From contig JAVZJD010000002.1 in assembly GCA_038870975.1 (NCBI GenBank), positions 576,001 through 640,000 on the forward strand: DNA of 64,000 bases, written 5' to 3'. The position numbers and the translations under genes are program-made. How positions within the stretch are numbered: position 1 is the first letter of the stretch; each line of letters starts with the position of its first letter. The DNA is from Candidatus Bathyarchaeia archaeon. GTDB lineage: Archaea > Thermoproteota > CALKCG01 > B24. A model generated the notes under the pieces. It saw nothing but the letters and a program-made list of their open reading frames with translations. It was not told the DNA's origin and did no database searches. Below are positions 60,188 through 64,000 of the stretch, one piece after another.

Positions 60188-60931
60188 CTAACTTTTGATA
60201 ACAAGACCTAAACCTTTCTTCAATATTGTAAAATGTGCGTTAATTTCTGCTGCAAAATCGGTAAACGCATTATTGAGTCCAATATCATGAGAGAGCAGAA
60301 GTCCTCCAATTTTCAAGCTGGGGTAAACTGTTCGGTACTCGAACATCATGTTTTGATAGGTATGTTCACTATCATGGAAAAATATATCTATTTCACGACA
60401 TTCTCTAATGATTATAGGCAAAAGTTCTGAACTTTTGCCTATAAACAATTTCCAATCTACATTCCGTCTTAAATCTTCAGGAACCAGCCAGCCTGATTCT
60501 TTTCCCTCAGGAGTCCAAAATCTATCATCAATTATTTCACCTGATTCGGTTCGGTAAACACATCTGGGTAAATCTATGCTGTATAGAGCTCCTTCACCGT
60601 TTTCTGAGAGAGCTTTAAGTATGAATGTTGACGCTAAACCCGCACCCGCACCCGTTTCCACAACTACTTTTGGACGCAAAAGCTTACAAGCTACGTAAAG
60701 AACCATCGGATAACTTCCAAAGCTATATTTCTTGAGCATCTTTTCAACGTAGGTGGTAGAAGTTTCTTCTGGATTAAAATTGCGAAATTTTTCAGATAAT
60801 ATTTTCAAGGTATCGTTTACATGGAACTTAAGAGCATCCTCAAAGGAAGCATTCCTTAACATAAAATATCTATATAAGTAAGTGGGGTGTTTATACGCAA
60901 ATAAAAGTTTCCGAACTTTATCCATAAGCAT
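60188..60931 (-). CDS. Class I SAM methyltransferase (Methyltransf_24-like)
   Basis: VVETGAGAG, YSIDLP, IDIFFHDSEHTY, GGLLLSHD. Confidence 0.88.
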   Translation of the reverse strand: MLMDKVRKLLFAYKHPTYLYRYFMLRNASFEDALKFHVNDTLKILSEKFRNFNPEETSTTYVEKMLKKYSFGSYPMVLYVACKLLRPKVVVETGAGAGLASTFILKALSENGEGALYSIDLPRCVYRTESGEIIDDRFWTPEGKESGWLVPEDLRRNVDWKLFIGKSSELLPIIIRECREIDIFFHDSEHTYQNMMFEYRTVYPSLKIGGLLLSHDIGLNNAFTDFAAEINAHFTILKKGLGLVIKS

Positions 60932-61366
60932 TCATCATCACCTTTATGATGAGGCTATCCCCATATCTTAACCTTTTTATTCACCTTTATCTTTTAAGTT
61001 TATTACTTATAGCATTTGCTCTGCTTAAAACATCTTCAAATGTTATATTTCTATAGTATGGGGTTCCTTTCATTCCAGCATGCAGCGCCCCCACCTGCAA
61101 AGAGTTATTTAAATAAAGAACGCTATTTTTCAGATATAACACAGCTGAAGCCCCCCTATACCTTTATTGTTTTCCAAGCGAATGCCCGATGTGTACCTTA
61201 ATAAATTAAAGGTTAACACGAACGTTAAGATAGTATAAATAGAAATTAGTTCATAAAAAGTGGGCATATTTACGGGCAATCCATACATGAACTTTTGCTT
61301 TTACAGCTATTTTCATCATTTTAAGTCATTAAATCGCAATTAGAGTGCGCCAAGTTCATTTCTAAC

Positions 61367-62563
61367 TTAAGTTGAATCTAGTGCTTGATGTAGAATTTTA
61401 ATAAAATGTTTTAATATATCTTCATTATTCAGCCTCTTCAGTATGTATTCCCTGTTTTTTACACCAATCTCATTGATTTCTTCAAGGTCAAATGATAGGA
61501 AATGATTTAGAGCGCCTGCAATCGCTACGTAGCCCCCTGGTTCTACTAATTTCACTCCTGCTAAGCAACTACTTGCAATTTCAGGTATCCCACCTACATT
61601 AGAAGCAATAATCAACTTACCATAGAGCATAGACTCGACCAATACGTACGGGGATGGCTCTGGAATTAATGATGGAACCACAACGATCGACAGTTTTTTC
61701 ATAACACTTTCAGGGTTGATTCTCGGCATAAAGTTTACCAAAATTCCATTATCTAGCCTCACGGTTTTGTAGTCTCTCCACGTCATCGCCATATATGCTT
61801 CGACACCACCGTACCTGAAGGTTTTGAACGCTTCCATTAAAGTGTAGAAGCCTTTGACGAAGCTCCTCCCTCCAAAGTAGCCTATACCCTTCCTCTCAGA
61901 CTCGATTAGCGGAAGGTTCGGGATCGGGTTATATATCGCATAGCTCTTCTTTTTGAGGAGCGGAGTTCTCGAGAGCGCCAAGTCCATCTGAGCTCTGCTA
62001 ACGAAGATTATTGCATCTGCAAGCGTACTTAGCCGGTTATAGTGCCTGCCAAGGAGCTCGTTCATTAACGCGGAGACTGCCGTAAGGAGCACGCCTCGTC
62101 TTCTTTCGATAATCTCGTGGAGTAGGAACGATTTGAGCGACGAGGTTCCCACCCTATGGTTGACGAAATCGTACATTAGGGATGTAGGGCAGACTATTGA
62201 GTAGTTGTGCATATGGACTACTACGGGCTTTCCGTAGATTTTGGCGAGGGGTATCACACTGTACCATCCGCATGGAACGTAAACGATATCACTCTCCTTT
62301 ATCAGTCTTCTTATGAAGGAGCTAGCTAAGACCCCCGCGTTAGCTAAGGTGTCATACCTGCTTCCGAACGCTATCCTCATAGGGACTCTAAATATCTTCA
62401 TACCATTACTGAGGAACTCTACTGATGCTTCGCCCGGAAACTGTCTAGTCACAACGGTTACTTCAAACCCTTTCTCAACAAGCAACTTTGAATACAACCA
62501 CGTAGCTAGCTCAGCTCCTCCACCATGAGGGTAGAATAGTTCAGAAAATATGACTATTCTCAT
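61367..62563 (-). CDS. GT4 glycosyltransferase
   Basis: YPHGGGAE, VPSLIPEPSPYVLVESM, ASNVGGIPE. Confidence 0.92.
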   Translation of the reverse strand: MRIVIFSELFYPHGGGAELATWLYSKLLVEKGFEVTVVTRQFPGEASVEFLSNGMKIFRVPMRIAFGSRYDTLANAGVLASSFIRRLIKESDIVYVPCGWYSVIPLAKIYGKPVVVHMHNYSIVCPTSLMYDFVNHRVGTSSLKSFLLHEIIERRRGVLLTAVSALMNELLGRHYNRLSTLADAIIFVSRAQMDLALSRTPLLKKKSYAIYNPIPNLPLIESERKGIGYFGGRSFVKGFYTLMEAFKTFRYGGVEAYMAMTWRDYKTVRLDNGILVNFMPRINPESVMKKLSIVVVPSLIPEPSPYVLVESMLYGKLIIASNVGGIPEIASSCLAGVKLVEPGGYVAIAGALNHFLSFDLEEINEIGVKNREYILKRLNNEDILKHFIKILHQALDST

Positions 62564-63340
62564 CCTCTCTTCTGCATATAAATATAAAAGTTGGGGTGAT
62601 AATCTTCGAAATTATGTTCCAAAATCTACTCTTTAGTAGGAAAACCCAAAGCATATTTAGCTTCCTGCTCAGATAGTACTCACAAGAGCAATCGGTGAAC
62701 TTTAGATTAAACTTCGAAAGGATGCTTTTTAAGTACCAGTATGTAGGCAACCTGTATACATCATAATCCTTTTGCGATTTTCCTAACCTTAGTCACATAA
62801 TACTTTGCAATAATACTGGGCATCAAGGACACACCAAATAGGCCATAATGCCGTCGTGGATGATTTGATACGGCGAGAGCCTGTTAGGCGCTGAAAGGTA
62901 GAGAAGTCCTTGACCTTTCATCACTCTTGTAATCTCATCAATCAAATGTCTAGGCTCTGGAACATGCTCAATGAGGTCGTTGCAAATCACAACGTCGAAG
63001 ACTGATGATCTGAAGGGCAGATGTAGCCCGTCGGCGACTAGGAAGTTCACCTCTGTCCCTTCCTCCAGTGCCCTAACCTTCGATCTTTTAATCCTCGTGT
63101 AGTCGATGTCGACAGCGCATACCTCAGTCTTCCCCTTCGCGAAGGCTATTGATACCCCCCATCGCCACAACCGACATCCAGTACTCTTAGGCCATCTAAG
63201 GAGGTGAACTTCGATAGTATCTTCTTTACAGTTTCTCCCCTCTTAATGGCGTCTAATGCATATTGCTTCCATATTTTGTACATTCTATGCTCCGGTGGTG
63301 GGAGGCTTTCTTCCAGCAGTTCGATGTACTTTTTAGCCAA
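62541..63340 (-). pseudogene. Class I SAM methyltransferase split by three single-base indels
   Basis: VLDVGCGDG / FDVVICNDLIEHV / HYGLFGVSLMP / YDVYRLPTYWY are in different frames; breaks at G6 (63155-63160), ~62851 and A4 (62770-62773). Confidence 0.85.
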
Positions 63341-64000
63341 TTAAAAGTACCTGATTCCAGGCTCTAAGTAGCCTAGTACGATTTCATGGACAGCCTTAAT
63401 CGAAGTTGTAGTCGTATTTATCCGCGTTACAGCCAGCCCCTGCACTCTTAGTTGTTCCATGATGTTCTCATATGCGCGCCTATAGTATTCGATAAGGTGG
63501 ATCGTTAGAGGTTCGTCCCTTTTTCTCTGAAGTATAACATCTGTTTCAGCATCCAAGTAGAAAAGAATGGCATCTCTTGGCATCAGCTTGACCATCAGCT
63601 TAGCATATACTCCAGATATCAGCTTTGGATCCTTAAGGAAGTATGAAAGGGTCACTAAGGTGTCCAGCATGTACCTATCGCAAACAACCACATAGCCCAG
63701 CAACAACGGAAGGATTACGCGATAAAACACTGCTGGAAATAAACTTACTATTTCGAGGATTTTCCAAGGCGTCCTTATTCTGTACATTAATGCATCATTA
63801 AAGCCATAGTAGTTTATAATCTTTCCTTTAGGATCCCCACGGCTCAGGGTCTTTAAGAGTAGGTATGCAAGCGTGTGATGTTGCTTCACGCTCGCCCGCC
63901 AAACTCTAAAACCCATCAATCTCAAACGGGCTGTTATAAGATCCGCATGAGTGGTTTTACCAGTTCCATCCGAACCGAAAAAGTATATCAGCTTATACAT
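63341..64000 (-). CDS. Thymidylate-kinase-like P-loop protein (start at the window edge, may extend upstream)
   Basis: GSDGTGKTT, VVCDRY, FYLDA. Confidence 0.78.
   Translation of the reverse strand: MYKLIYFFGSDGTGKTTHADLITARLRLMGFRVWRASVKQHHTLAYLLLKTLSRGDPKGKIINYYGFNDALMYRIRTPWKILEIVSLFPAVFYRVILPLLLGYVVVCDRYMLDTLVTLSYFLKDPKLISGVYAKLMVKLMPRDAILFYLDAETDVILQRKRDEPLTIHLIEYYRRAYENIMEQLRVQGLAVTRINTTTTSIKAVHEIVLGYLEPGIRYF

Noticed and set aside
61016-61201. 61-aa plus-strand ORF in an AT-rich spacer
   Set aside because: Opposite to the operon strand, TTG start, no motif; the spacer is more likely decayed sequence

Overview
Archaeal chromosomal window, probably a TACK-type thermophile. This is inferred from the archaeal-type LeuRS, TTTA(A/T)A TATA promoters, a PaREP1 gene, DUF1616 genes and a box C/D sRNA. 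1-22.7 kb is housekeeping: hisC-G-A-B-D operon, a divergent AbrB-ACT regulator plus amine dehydrogenase, a class-III aminotransferase, a box C/D guide RNA, leuS, an oligopeptide ABC operon, an ECF S component and an RbgA-like GTPase. 22.8-32.6 kb is an envelope/polysaccharide block: GH99-like hydrolase, processive GT2, MacB/FtsX-type ABC, UbiA and a GT-C-like protein. 32.6-43.9 kb is a MoxR/DUF58/DUF4350/DUF4129 operon interrupted by toxin-antitoxin pairs, PaREP1, clan-AA proteases, duplicated gene ends and two copies of a ~230-bp non-coding element. That element looks like a promoter fused to the 3' (omegaRNA) end of a tnpB gene, with no protein. 44.9-64 kb is a surface-glycan locus, AT-richer in its core, with several frameshifted genes. 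It contains a bacterial-type MurA next to an FrhB-family Fe-S flavoprotein, with a polysaccharide pyruvyltransferase 1.2 kb further upstream in the same gene run. This trio is the best candidate for an undescribed system: a peptidoglycan-independent, MurB-free route to a muramic-acid/lactyl-ether sugar in an archaeal glycan. All family calls come from motif recognition by eye; no database searches were run.
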